From: Heteronotia binoei | Lineage: Eukaryota | DNA: 64,000 nt | Assembly: GCF_032191835.1 (NCBI RefSeq) | Contig: NC_083237.1 | Span: 29,388,001 to 29,452,000, forward strand | Direction: 5' to 3' | Shown here: piece after piece, positions 23,958-37,039 of the stretch | Numbering within the stretch: position 1 is the stretch's first letter | How the letters are laid out: each line of letters opens with the position of its first letter | Program-made: the position numbers and the translations under genes | The notes under the pieces: generated by a model | Database searches by the model: none | The model's input: the letters and a program-made list of their open reading frames with translations, nothing else | What the model was told of the DNA's origin: nothing

Positions 23958-26900
23958 ATGGGGGTCAGCCGTGGCTGTTTCCTGTGCGTTAAGGTGAAGA
24001 TGTTTGTCTTCAACCTTATCTTCTGGGTGAGTTGTGGTGAGGTTATCAGTCTTCCCAGAATGGCATGAAACCTAGAAGGGGGAAATATATCGGAATTCCT
24101 GTGAGTTGGATCCAGCTGTTTGTTCTGTTAGTGAAAAGAGGAGGAAGATTTCCCACTTACACCTAAAAAGGCTACAGCGGGGATCATGGGACCTGCATAG
24201 ACAGCAACTATGTGGCATGGGGGCTATAGTGAGGAGAACGGAGTAAGATTTAACAAAGCTGGTGGATCTACCCCTGTGCTAAGGAAATCCACATGCTGAG
24301 CCTGATAGCTTAAAGGAGATTAAAGAGCATAAGCATGCATTAAAATATAATTGGGATGAAAACTGAAAATGGGCTCTTGCCTGTGACACCATTCCCTCCT
24401 CTCTTTTGCTTGAACTGCCATTTGTCATGGAATGTTCAAGGACATTGCAACTAGTATTCCCTCTAAGCTGAGTCAGTGTGAGCTAGCTCACAGTTTTTTA
24501 GCCTCCAGCTCACACATTTTAGCTCAGGAAGAATGGCCCCAGAGCAAACTGATTTATGCAGTAGCTCACAACTTTAATGCCAGTAGCTCATGGAGCAGAA
24601 TTTTTGCTCACAAGACTCTACAACTTAGAGGGAGTATTGATTGCAACTGTGCTGGTAGGGGAGAAGGGTGAGCGACGGAATGTTGTCAAGCAGTGCAGAT
24701 TCTGTGAGATACATGAGAGGTCATCAAAGATATCAGGTTTTCATGGCTGGTAACATCATTAGGGTTTGTAGAATCTTTTGGGCTCAAGTGCCGTGTTCTA
24801 CTGGAGAAAGTTTTCCTTCCAGACGTTTCGTTCTCAGCTGCGGAGAACATCCTCAGTGGCGTTGCAGCCGGAGCAGGCGCTCTGACCTTCTTGGCTGCTG
24901 TGCATTGAGTGGGGCCAGGGCTGCTGGAGAGCTGCTATTTGTAGGCTGGAGGGGGTGTGATGAAAGGGCAATTGGTTTGTGGATGTGCCCATTGTTTGGT
25001 GGGGTTTCCTGGAAGGGTAGTGATAAGGAAACTGGCTGTTGAATGTGACCATTGTTCTGTGTTAATTGCTGGGAGGGTTGGAAGGGGTGTGAAGATAAGG
25101 AAGATGGTTGTTGACTGTGCTGATTGTTCTGTGGAATTTGCTGGTTGTTCTGAGACTTTCTGCAATTTATAGTCTGTAGGGTGTTTTGCAGAGCTGGGTA
25201 CCAAGATTGGTGGATGAAAATGCCTTCTTCCTTTCTGTTAAAATTGTGCTGGTGTTTGTAAATCTCAATAGCTTCTCTGTTCAGGCGGGTATGATAATGT
25301 GAGACCGTAGAAAGGACTTCAGTCTTTCCTGATGACATCACTGCCCTATCCCACCACATGCTCACCACTACCTACTTCCAATGGAACAATAACTTTTATG
25401 AACAGATCGATGGAGTTGCCATGGGAAGCCCCCTTAGCCCTGTCATCGCTAACTTTATATGGAAACCTTCGAAGATACAGCACTAAGATCTGCCCTCCTA
25501 AAACCACGTTGCTGGCTCCGATATGTGGATGATGTTTTTGCCATCTGGAGTCATGGAGAGGCTGCTTTGAATAACTTTCTCCTTCATCTGAATTCAGTCC
25601 ATCCTCATATCCAGTTCACCATGGAGAAAGAAAACAATGGTCAACTTGCCTTTCTTGACGTCCTCATTACCAGGAAAGATGACGGAAAACTCGGCCACAC
25701 TGTATTCAGGAAACCCACACACACCTATCGCTATCTAAATAAGAATTCCAATCATCATCCTCAGGCGGGTATGATAATGTGAGACCGTAAAAAGGACTTC
25801 AGTTCTTTCAAAGTCGATGACGTGGTCTCCTTCTTGAAGTGCATGTTCAGCTACAGCTGATTTTTCTGGCTGAAACAAGCAACAGTGTCTCTTGTGTTCA
25901 ATGAGACGGGTGTTGATACTGCGTTGGGTAGTGCCAATGTAGATTGCACCACAGGAGCAGGGTATTTTGTAGACTCCAGGGGTTGAAAGTGGATCTCTCA
26001 TATCTTTGGCCGAGCGCAGCATGTGGCGGATCTGTTGTGTGGGCTTGAAGACTGTGTCAACATTGTGGCATTTGAGAATTTTGCCAATGCGGTTGGTGAC
26101 AGATTTTATGTAAGGCAGGAAGGCTGTACCCACATTTGTGTGTGGCTCGGGATTTGGTGTGGATGGTCTCCTGGGATGGAGGGCTCTTCTCATTTCTTGT
26201 TGGGAGTATCCATTGGCCTGCAGTGACTGTTTGAGGTGGTGTAGTTCCTGTTGGAGTTGCGTGATGCTCGGTGGATGAGGGTTTTTACAACTGTACGTTT
26301 TTGGTGAGGATGATGATTGGAATTCTTATTTAGATAGCGATCGGTGTGTGGGTTTCCTGAATACAGTGTGGCCGAGTTTTCCGTCATCTTTCCTGGTAAT
26401 GAGGATGTCAAGAAAGGCAAGTTGACCATTGTTTTCTTTCTCCACGGTGAACTGGATATGAGGATGGACTGAATTCAGATGAAGGAGAAAGTTATTCAAA
26501 GCAGCCTCTCCATGTCTCCAGATGGCAAAAACATCATCCACATATCGGAGCCAGCAACGTGGTTTTAGGAGGGCAGATCTTAGTGCTGTATCTTCGAAGG
26601 TTTCCATATAAAGTTAGCGATGACAGGGCTAAGGGGGCTTCCCATGGCAACTCCATCGATCTGTTCATAAAAGTTATTGTTCCATTGGAAGTAGGTAGTG
26701 GTGAGCACGTGGTGGGATAGGGCAGTGATGTCATCAGGAAAGACTGAAGTCCTTTCTACGATCTCACATTATCATACCCTCCTGAACAGAGAAGCTATTG
26801 AGATTTACAAACACCAGCACAATTTTAACAGAAAGGAAGAAGGCATTTTCATCCACCAATCTTGGTACCCAGCTCTGCAAAACACCCTACAGACTATAAA

Positions 26901-29900
26901 TTGCAGAAAGTCTCAGAACAACCAGCAAATTCCAGTCTCAGAACAACCAGCAAATTCCACAGAACAATCAGCACAGTCAACAACCATCTTCCTTATCTTC
27001 ACACCCCTTCCAACCCTCCCAGCAATTAACACAGAACAATGGTCACATTCAACAGCCAGTTACCTTATCACTACCCTTCCAGGAAACCCCACCAAACAAT
27101 GGGCACATCCACAAACCAATTGCTCTTTCATCACACCCCCTCCAGCCTACAAATAGCAGCTCTCCAGCAGCCCTGGCCCCACTCAATGCACAGCAGCCAA
27201 GAAGGTCAGAGCGCCTGCTCCGGCTGCAATGCCACTGAGGATGTTCTCCACAGCTGAGAACGAAACGTCTGGAAGGAAAACTTTCTCCAGTAGAACACGG
27301 CACTTGAGCCCGAAAGATTCTACAAACTCTAATAATGAGAGGTCAGTATAGTGAAGAAGAAAAAAATTCCACAGGTCTGAGGACAGTAGGATGAATGGAA
27401 TGTCCAGAAAAGGATGCTAAAGGATTGCCTTGTTTTCTGTTCTCCCCTTAGCTGGGTGGTTGTGGGGTGCTCGGCGTGGGAGTCTGGCTGGCTGTCACTC
27501 AGGGTCGCTTTGCCACCTTGTCCTTCTCCTTTCCATCGCTGTCGGCAGCTGGGCTCTTCATGGCCACCGGAGCCATCATCATGGTGGTGGGTTTCCTTGG
27601 ATGCCTGGGGGCCGTCACAGAACATCGCTGCCTGCTTCTGACAGTAAGAAGAGCGTCTCCCCTGGACATTACACTGTGCACATGTCAGATAGGTAGGGTG
27701 GGGGGAATCTGATGAGCCAAAGGAAGATGGCTGGGGAATTAACTGAGTCTTTATTCTGTTCATGTACTTTGATCCTGCCTCTCACAAAAACTCACTTGGA
27801 TCACACATAGCTCAGTACAAAATGTGCCTCAGGAAGGAAGGGTCTTTGCTGATCAAAAGATCAGGGTCCAGACAAGGGGGGGTTCATGGCAGTCCCCCGA
27901 TAGCCCCATCTGTGGCAGCTGGAATCTGGAGGGGAGGGGTCTGTCCACTGAAGCTGGATCCAAGCATGGATGGAGGATAAAATAAGCACAGCCATTGGTT
28001 TGGAGCCCAGAAGCAACTGAGACCATTCTTAGAATAAATAGGTGTGTTTTGATGTGAGTGTAACTGCTAGCTCAAGACGCCTCTGCTCAGAGATGGATAT
28101 TCGAGAGTCACTCCAAGTCCTGGTTCGACAAAGACTGCCAGAGAGCAAAGAGAGAGCTAGCTGTCGCCTGCCAAGATTATAGGAATTCTGTGGGCCTAGA
28201 CACTCTGTGTGCACAAAATCATCTCCTATTATTAAAGAAGACATATAAAAAGCTGGTGGCCGTGAAGAAATGTGAAGATATGACGATTCTTTGGAACAAA
28301 AGGATCTCAACCCAGTTCTGGAAACTGATCACAAGACAATCCTACTAAGACTTTTCTCCTGTTGACTCATTTGTCTCGCCTGAGAACTGGGAGCTATTTT
28401 TTCAGAAACGTTATTTGTGATACCCATTATTTACCAGTTTCCCAGATCTGTGAAGCTCCACTGGATTTGCCAGCTTGGCCCCCAGTGTCAGTTGATGAGG
28501 TCGAATCCTTAATTGGTAAACTTAAGTTAGGCAAAGTGCCAGGCCCAGATCTCAAACCCCTGGAGTTACTGAAAGACAATTTAGATTGGTGGGCTCCTCT
28601 TCTGGCCTCATTGTTTACCTACATAGATTCAACAGGGGACATACCTGAGGCCTGGAGATAAGCTACTATTGTCCCTTTCTTCAAAGCTGGGCAGAGGGCG
28701 GATCCAGCTAATTATAGACTGATCAGGGTTTTGAGTATCTTAAGTAAAATATATGCAAGCCACCTCTTAGAAAAACTGCAGAATTGGCTAGTTCAGGAAA
28801 ATTTTTGGTTGATGAAAAAGCTGGCTTTAGGGAAGGACGGTTCACCTTGTGTCATAATTTGATACTATCCCACAAATATGCAACCAAGAAAGCAGTCTCT
28901 CTCTACGCAGCCTTCATAGACTTAAAATCTGCCTTTAATTCCATACCAAGAGAGAACCTCTGGGAAAAACTCAGTGCTGCCTCAATTGATAGGAGACTTA
29001 TTCTCGATCCAGGCATTCTATACCAACACTATTATCAGAGTCAGATGTAATAAACAAGGGCTTCTAACTAACCTTATTCCATCAACAAAAGGAGTAAAAC
29101 AAGGCTGCATTCTGGCCCCTTCCCTTTTTGCCATTTCTATCAATGATTTGATTAGTAATCTCGGCCTGGTTGATACCTGTCCTCCCTCTCTGGCAAACCA
29201 TCATGTAACAGCCCTACTCTTTGCAGATGACACAGTCCTGATCTAGGACACCAAAAGGCCTTAGGAGGGCATTAAAGCAATTTGGCCTTTATTGTGACCT
29301 TAACCACCTGGAGATTACCAAAAACCAAAAATAATGGCTTTCGGCCCTAAACCTAAAATAAGGGAATGGAGTATAAATGGCCGTAGGCTATAACAGGTGG
29401 CAGTTTATAAATATCTGGGGGTTATGATCCAGGCCTCAGAAACTAAAAAGGCTCACGTTGAATATGCCTCAAATTCTGGTCACAAATCAGCCCAAGCCAT
29501 TGTTAGATTCTTCTTTACAAAATTTATACCAGTGGCCCTCAAATTATGTCTTGCTAAGACACACAGTTGATGTATGGGACCATGCTGGGCCCAGCTCCAT
29601 CAAATTTTTCCTCCCCTGAGAAAATCCAGTTTAAATTTTTAAGAGCCTTTTTTCAATTTCCAAAAAGCGTTTATAGTGCCATGCTACTGCTGGAAACTGG
29701 ATTGCTAAGACTAGAGGCTAAAGTAAGCCTCACCTCAATCAACACTTGGCTTAATCTTAGCCATTGTTCCTGAGATATCTCCTCATCAATTCTCAAGAAT
29801 AGGTATTGTTCTCTGTCTGGCTTAGGGCTATTCGGGGGGGGGGAGTTGTAGAAAAAGCCCAGGAGGAACTCATCAGTATATTAGGCCACACCCACTGACA

Positions 29901-32900
29901 TCACCATTGTTGCACACGGCTTTTTTTGTAGAAAAAGCCCAGCAGGAACTCATTTTCATATTAGGCCACACTCCCTGATGCCAAGCCAGCCAGAATTGCG
30001 TTCCTATGGGTTCCTGCTCAAAAAAACTCCTAGGGCTATTCATCAGAAGGTGTTTATGCTCAGCTTCTCACCTGAGTCTTTACAGATAATGGCCCTAGAC
30101 CAAGCAAGGGCCATAGTCAAGCAGAGAATACTAGACACTGAAAGACAGAATGATATTGCCAAGGTTTTGAGATTTTATGCTCCTCTCCAAAAGAGATATG
30201 TAGTTTCCCCAGCCCCCTGTCTATCGAATCTAAAATTCCATCCCATAGAAGGGCCTTTTCTATGGCCTGATGTAACAGTTCTCCTTCTGCAGTCATAGAG
30301 GGTCGCTATAAAAAGGTGCCTATGGCTGAGCGTGTTTGTCCATGTGGCGCACGTAAAGTAGAAACTATCAAACATACTCTGCTTGGGTGTAGTCTCTATA
30401 AAGAAGTACGAGCCAAATTTATCAAACTTTTACTGGTGAAATTTATAGGTCTTCTGCAGTCTGAATTAAGGAATATACTTTTGGCAGATTCTAACTCTCA
30501 AGTTACATTCGCTTGCTCCAGATTTTTGGCTGCAGCCTTTAGAATTCACAAAGATTACACAAAGGAGTGATATAAATGTTCCTTAGGCTTTGCATTCTCT
30601 CCCCCCCCCTCAAGAATGCTATAAGTTCCCATCTTCCGTTAAATATCTCCTTCTTAAGACTTTGTATATTATACTATAATACTCCCATACAAATGGCTGT
30701 TCACTTTCCATATTTTATGTAAATTAGTTTGTTTTGATCTGTGCTGACCATGGGCCATAATAATAAACTGACTGACTAATTGTAATCTTCAGGGACAGAA
30801 AAAATACATGTGTTTGTGGAATACTCCCCCCACCAACTTTCATAGTATGTTGTGGCTTGGCTTGCTTGCTAGGGCGACCTACAGTTGTTTGCACTGGAGG
30901 TACCTTTCTGCTATGCACCACCCCTTGGGTTCACAGTGCTTTGGGTTGTACAAGTTGGTCTTTGGGATCCTGTGAAGGAGCGATTCTCCTACTTGGCACA
31001 GGTGACTGTTAGTACAACCCTGTGCAGTGTTACTCCATTGTAAGCCCATGGCAATCAGTGACTTAGACTGTAGTAACTCTGCATAGGATTGCATTATGGG
31101 ACGGTCAAGCTTTAGGTTCTGTCCCTCTCCATGACTGTGTGATTCTTCAGGTGCAATCAAGTATGGAGTACATGTGCAGATGTAGGAAGGAGGGGGCATT
31201 CGGAAATCACCATCAAGATTTATTACAATCAAAAGATCAGCCAGCAGCAGTCTACCAGTGTGGCTCAGAAATGTAACCTCTGTCCATGCCAACCCTTCTT
31301 GATGCCCCTCTGTCCTGCTGTCTAAGGTTCTGATCCATCTGTCTCTTTTCAGTTCTTCCTGGTTCTGTCCACCCTCTTCCTCCTGGAACTGGTTGGGTTG
31401 TTGGTGTTTGTCACCTGCCGGGACAAGGTAAGCACGCTCTTATTTTTTGGTGCTCCTTGAAATAGCTCCCTGCTGCAGAATGGTTGTAGGGCATCCACAT
31501 TTAATAAATAAGCAACATGTTCCATGCTCATCTTCCCTTGACATGGTGACCTCCAAAGGAGGGGCGAAGCTTAGAGAAATAAGGGAGAGGAGAAGAAGCT
31601 TCAAAATGAAAAGGCAAAGTGGTTGGGAACTGAGTGGAAAGGATCATTCTTTGTACCCACCAGCATCACTGGAAGCCTCACCGGGGATTTTTCTGGCTTC
31701 CAAACCTTTAGAAGAAAAGACTGTTAAGACACTCTTTCCATCCTGGTTTTCATTGCCTCCATGAGAACTGGAAACTTTTTTTTTTAAAGATTTAAGCCGA
31801 GACCACAGTTTTGGAGACCTTATCTCCTTGTGCCACTGTATCACACACTGCCATCATTGGTCAGTGGCATATCTTGTATGCTTTTGAATTCTGCAAAGAA
31901 ATGTTACAAACAATCCCTTTTGTTTTTCATGACCTTATAAACCCCACTGGTTACATTTTTTTCCTCCTCTTCTCTGTGTGCATATCTATCTTCTGATCAA
32001 GAAGTCACGTCATACATCCGATGAAGTGGACTCTATTTCGTGAAAGCCCAGGCCGTCTTCAGTTTATTAAGATTGGATCCTGTGGCTCTGTTCTACTAAT
32101 GAAGGTGCCTTCCCCTGGCAAAACACACCTTTCTGTGTCTCCGCTCTTAGCAGAACAGCACTATAGGATACGATCCTCAGGCTTCTGAATGCAAAGAAGA
32201 CTCCTTTTGGGGGGGTGAATCCTGAATACCACTTGTAGAGTGGACAACAACAGGAGGTGTCATCAGCCTCTGTGTGCTACCTATAGGCCATCTGGAGGCC
32301 TTTGGGGAACCAGGATGCTGGATTCAAGATGCACCTTGCTCTGATGCTGCAGGCCTGCTCTTGAGTTTCCTGTATGTCTTTGCTCCAGTTTGATGGCTAT
32401 GCTCAGGCCAACCTGAAGGAAGGGCTTAAGCTGTACAAGACAGAGGGCAACCTGGGCCTAACCAACGCATGGGACCTTGTGCAGACGGAGGTGAGTGTTT
32501 TGAAAATGCCCCCTGCTGGACACTTGAAGTACTGCAGCCAAAAGAGGGATCAGGCAGGGTTTCTTCCTGCCCTGTTTGTCTAGCAAACCTGACCCCCCAA
32601 ATATCTGTGATAGTGCCTTCTCCTTCCTTTGCTCCCTAGTTTCGTTGTTGCGGGGTGCAGAACTACACAGATTGGTTTATGGACAACAGAACGCAGGTGC
32701 CAGAATCGTGTTGCATGCTGCCCAGCAGCTGTCAAGCAGAGAGCCCGCAGCCGCGGAGTTGGTGGATGGAGGTGAGATGATGGAAACAGCGTGCCTTGTG
32801 AAACTCTCTGCCTTGGAAAATCTGCTGCTGCAGGAATGCATTTTGAACTGTGCTCCTTGATGGCAGGTAGGGTTGCCAGCCTGCAAATGGTGGCTGCTGA

Positions 32901-35900
32901 TCTCCTGGGATTACAGCTAATCTCCAGAGATCAGCTCCACTGGAGAAAATGTCCGTTTTGGGAGGTGGACCCTATAGTATTATACCCCATTGAGGTCCTT
33001 CCCATCTCTAAACCCGCCTCCTTAGGCTCCACTCCAAAAATCTCCAGGATCAAAGCAACATGGAGCTGGCAATCATAATGGTCAGATCAGTCATGGTGTC
33101 AAGCATCAGATCTCAGAATAACTAGTCCTTTATTTTGAAACAAAGTATTGGTTTATTGATAATCCTTTGCGCTCGAATAGGCACAAGATTGGAAGTGATA
33201 CAGTGTAACTTCAGAGTACTAGCTCTAAGGGGACACATCAAAGATACCTTAGGAATTTCTACTCAGGCGTGTGAAATTCACACGCTGGCTACTTTATGTA
33301 CTATCGCAATTTAGCAACATCCTGGGTTCAGACTCTAAACCTGAGTCTGGGAAAGTGTCCCTGGAGGCTTTATCTTCAAAGAGAACATTCCTGCATTTGC
33401 CACTAGTGAGAACTAGGGAAAGGTTACATGGCTTTGATGTGCAATACATTAGAATAACAGTCAGCAATACAGGGATACTAATAAGAAGACAATAAAGAAA
33501 CAAGATGCTTGACACATGGTCAGGGCTTTTTTTGTAGCAGGAATTCCTTTGCATATTAGGCCATACACCCCTGATGTAGCCACTCCTCCTGGAGCTTACA
33601 TTAGACCCTGTAATAAGAGCACTGTAAGCTCTCAAAGGATTGGCTACATCAGGGGGCATGGCCTAATATGCAAAGGAGTTCTTGCTACAAAAAAAGTCCT
33701 GGTCATGGTCATTTCCTGGCCCTCCCCAGGGACGCAGTAACAGGGTCTGCTGGCACAAACAGCCTTGGGAGAAACTGCTTGTAGGTTGAATATTATAGTA
33801 TTTAGTTGGTGCATTTTTATCTGACTCTTCTTCAAAGGGGCTCCTGGTTGATTCTGCCCCTACCATTTCTTCCTCATAACTACCTTGTGATGTAGATTAG
33901 TGTAAGAGAGAGTGACTAGCCCATGGTCATGCAGCAAGTAGCATGGCAAGTGAAGGATTTGAATCTGGGTCTCTCCCAGATCCTAGTCCGACATTCTGAT
34001 CCCTACACTAGCCAGGGAGTGAAGCTGTTGCTACCAAACCACCTTCTTATCAGAGCTCTCGGTAGATTCTGCTCAGATGGAGGGGAACCATCCCTGCAAG
34101 GCAGAGCAACAGATCGGAGCTTTTCTGTTTTGTAAAATATTGGACAAAGAGGAGGCATGATAGAGGTTAATTAAAAGATTATTTACTTATTTATTTGACT
34201 TACATTCTGCCCTCCCCGCCGAAGCAGGGGAGGTGACAAAGTGGATGCTGGAACTGGGATTTTGGGCGGGGGGCGGGAGGGGAGAGAATAGCCCAGTGAA
34301 ATTGACAGTCAGTAGAGTCAAGATGGGCTAAAGGAAACACCCCTGCTGTAGGCTGTCCTCTCTCAGAGACAGGATGCTGAACTAGATGGCCCTTCAGTTT
34401 GATGCAGCGAGACTCTTCTGATGTCCTTGTGTGTTTCCGTTTCCTGCAGGCCTGTTATGGGAAGGTGAAAAAATGGCTGGGGCAGAACATCTCTGCGATG
34501 GGCATCTTTGCTGCCTGCATCATTGTGGTCCAGGTGAGAGGAAGAGGAGTGACTCCGATTGGCTGAGTGGCCCAAAGCAAATGCCCATTGCAACACACCC
34601 ACCGGCAACTGTGAGAGCAGGGAATGCAGCTTTCCTGGAGGAAAACAATGAAATGGAATCCAGCTGTAGATGGGGCTGTGTGCAGTGAGAAAAGCTGCCT
34701 TGGCATTCTGAATCGCTTTGTGCAACCTCAGCAAAGTTCGCAAAGACCAGCTTATTTTTATATAATCTGTTCTGTTTCTGGTCATCGAGAGAGAAGAATC
34801 TGTAGGATCAGCTATTAAGACAGACAGGCACTCTGCAAATATGAACCTACAGGTAGAAATGGAGGGCTCTTGCACCCTGCTGTTGAGCACTGGGAATCCT
34901 GCTCGGCTGATTTCCACAGTTTTGCCCTACGCTGCTCTTCAGCCTCCATTTGTATCCTTAAGGACTAGCAACTTGCTTTTTAAGTTTGTTTTAGAAAATG
35001 GAAGCTGCAGTTCTCAAGATGCTGAATTCTGTTTCCTAAACAGAATTCTGCATTGCATGATGTGATCAAAGAATTGTGGCCTATGTACAATTACCTCCCT
35101 AAGAAGCCCAAGATCTGAAACAGACCTGAAAATATCTCCAGTGTCCAGGTCAGATGGTGTACTGGCATCACTGTGGTGTCCTGCCCCCAGACATCAGTTA
35201 GTCCAGGGATGGCCAAACTGTGGCTCAGGAGCCACATTTGGCTCTTTCACACATTGTGTGGCTCTTGAAACCTCCACCACCCCATTGGCTGGCAGCTTGG
35301 AGAATGCATTTATAGTTGCTTTCTTTCCACCTCTCCCTCCCCATATCTATTGGCTTTATTGCCACCTTCCTCCCATCTTGCAACTCTCAAACATCTGAGT
35401 TTATTCGATGTGGCTCTTATTTTGAGCCAGTTTGGCCACCTCTGAGTTAGTTTATGATATGGGGTCCTCGCTGACCCCTTTTCTGGTGCTTGCCAAGTCT
35501 TTTTAGAAAGTAGGCAGGTCCAAGTGGTGCTTTTGCCCTGCAGGGCTTCTGGGTAGCTATTATTTATTTATGTTATTGGGTTTTTAGCCCCCCCCCTTCC
35601 CCTTCACAGCAGGTCTCAGGGCATGTAACAACAGCATCAAAACCAGTAAAAACAATAATTATAAACAATAATCACAAATGGAGTATTAAAACATCGTGCT
35701 ATGAATAGCAAACAGATGGTGTGTGAAGCACAAGTGGATATCTCTGATTCAAGGAGCCCCTGTTTGTCATGTGTGACTGCAGGCGATAGGCTGATGGTAA
35801 AGATGATAGAGGCAGATGTGGGAGGCTGGTTTGAATGTAACTGTCATTGTCTCAGTCGCAGCCTGGCAGAACATTTCGGTTGTGTGGGCTCTGCGGAACT

Positions 35901-36645
35901 GTATCAGACCCTGCAGGGCCCAGATCTCACTTGGAGGGGCGTTCCACCAGGCTGGAACCCGAACCAAAAAGATTTGGACTTGAGGCTAGACAGATGTCTT
36001 TCGGACTGGGGATCACCAGGAGATTACTATCCATCAGGTCTTAGTTCTTGTGGTCCTTTCTTGCACGCCCAGAGAAATGCAGATCGCCACTTGGGCCAGG
36101 AATCCTGGAGGTTTTTGCCATCTTCTGGGCATGGAGCAGGGGTCACTGGGGATGTGTGTGTGGGGGGAGGTATTTGTGAAGTTCCTGCATTGTACAGCGG
36201 GTTGGACTAGAGGACCCTGGAAGTCCCTTCCAACTTTATGATTCTACGATCCCATCAAGCACAGTCCTCTTTGAGGGACATGCCAGGAGAGATAGACCCA
36301 TAGATATGTTGGTCCCAGATTGTGTATGGCTTTAGAAATTTGATAAGCTCCGCACATTTTAAGACACGTTGCTTTGGCAGCTGCTGACACCCCAGCACAA
36401 GGATCTTCATTGTATGGTTGGTGGTAAACTGTGGCATACCTGAGGAGTCCATCTACCTTCTTTGGAAAGACTGCCCCCATTATCCAGGGAGGGGCCAGTC
36501 AGTTGACTGTTGGGGCAGGGATTATGTGATAATCTTGTGATAAGGGAAAGAACCCTCCCTGCTCTTTTCTCCCCAGGTCTTGGGCATCGTGTTCTCCATG
36601 CTGATGTACTGCCAGGTCCGGCGAGCAGAGAAGTATTATGACTGA
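23958..36645 (+). CDS. TSPAN4-like: Tetraspanin-4-like (TSPAN4/TSPAN9 subfamily), 240 aa
   Basis: Seven phase-0 coding exons: 23958-24026, 27452-27643, 31353-31427, 32389-32490, 32640-32771, 34450-34533, 36577-36645 (723 nt). Four TM segments, FRCCG, PESCC and six LEL cysteines. GNLGLTNAW and FATLSFSFPSLSAA resemble TSPAN4. Confidence 0.93.
24452..24640. mobile_element. MITE with (C)AGTGTTCCCTCTAAGCTG-type TIRs (second copy at ~44694-44886)
   Basis: CCCTCTAAGCTG...CAACTTAGAGGG inverted ends. The body is co-linear with 44694-44886. Confidence 0.7.
24819..24859 (-). ncRNA. Minimal type I hammerhead ribozyme motif (left PLE arm)
   Basis: Minus strand reads CCA-CTGAGGA-T-GTTCTC-CGCAGCT-GAGAAC-GAAA-CGTC-TGG. 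Confidence 0.65.
27232..27272 (+). ncRNA. Minimal type I hammerhead ribozyme motif (right PLE arm)
   Basis: CCA-CTGAGGA-T-GTTCTC-CACAGCT-GAGAAC-GAAA-CGTC-TGG: core boxes, 6-bp stem II, palindromic ACGT helix III, GUC triplet and 3-bp stem I. Confidence 0.65.
28040..30725 (+). mobile_element. Decayed non-LTR retrotransposon (RTE-X/RTE-like; clade uncertain)
   Basis: Fragmented RT motifs (GKVPGPD, WWAPLLASLF, DPANYR, FIDLKSAFNSI, KGVKQGCILAPSLF, LLFADD, YKYLGV) and C-terminal CPCG...H...C. A MITE is inserted at ~29825-30035. A related 3' fragment is at ~55880-56310 (-). Confidence 0.85.
33521..33701. mobile_element. Fully palindromic MITE (CAGGGCTTTTTTTGTAGCAGG family)
   Basis: Whole ~180-bp element is self-complementary. 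Further copies at 50826-51005 and 59318-59499, with variants at ~29825-30035, ~51045-51245 and ~58648-58766. Confidence 0.85.
35204..35444. mobile_element. hAT-type MITE (CAGGGxTGGCCAAACT TIR)
   Basis: TIRs CAGGGATGGCCAAACT / AGTTTGGCCACCTCTG with an 8-bp TSD AGTTAGTC/AGTTAGTT. Same family at 37578-37838 and partially at ~343-480. Confidence 0.8.
35560..36140 (-). mobile_element. L2-type LINE 3' fragment
   Basis: Minus-strand WWNAPPSEIWALQGLIQFRRAHTTEMF matches the decayed L2 ORF2 C-terminus as recalled. Confidence 0.6.
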
Positions 36646-37039
36646 GTTGGGTTTGAAGATGCTTTCTGTCCCTAGATCCTCAAAGGGGGTATGCAGTTTA
36701 GAAGACAAGGGCATTTCTGCATTCTGTGGAGCCCCCTCCCTCCTTGCCACCTTTTTTAGCCAAGCTGCAGGGCTTCTGTGAAGGCCAAATCCTCATCATA
36801 TATTCAAATATATTTTATCCTGGGGTGGGGAAGAGAAACCCTTCTTTTCCTTTTGCTGCCTTTTGCTCTTCCTCATTTAATCAGGGTTCCATTTCCTTAT
36901 GTCTCAGCTTCTGTGTTCTTCCCATTTTGTATCATATAGCCCCCCCCTTTCCCTCCAATCCTGTTGCTTTTGTATATAACAGAACTATATTGAGGACCAA
37001 TAAAACAATACGATACCATCCAGCTTGCTTCAGCTGTTA

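Larger units (their letters stand above)
24755..27337. mobile_element. Rearranged fold-back Penelope-like element (RT + GIY-YIG fragments) with ~1-kb inverted arms
   Basis: PLE RT motifs (GVAMGSPLSPV, WLRYVDDVF) and GIY-YIG (GVYKIPCSCGAIYIGTT). 24755-25763 is the reverse complement of 26305-27337. Candidate 11-bp TSD ATGAGAGGTCA at 24713-24723 and 27335-27345. Confidence 0.92.

Noticed and set aside
24853-25368. 171-aa Gln/Asn-rich ORF and its mirror at 26698-27156
   Set aside because: C-terminal part of the Penelope ORF fused to a junction; not an independent gene.
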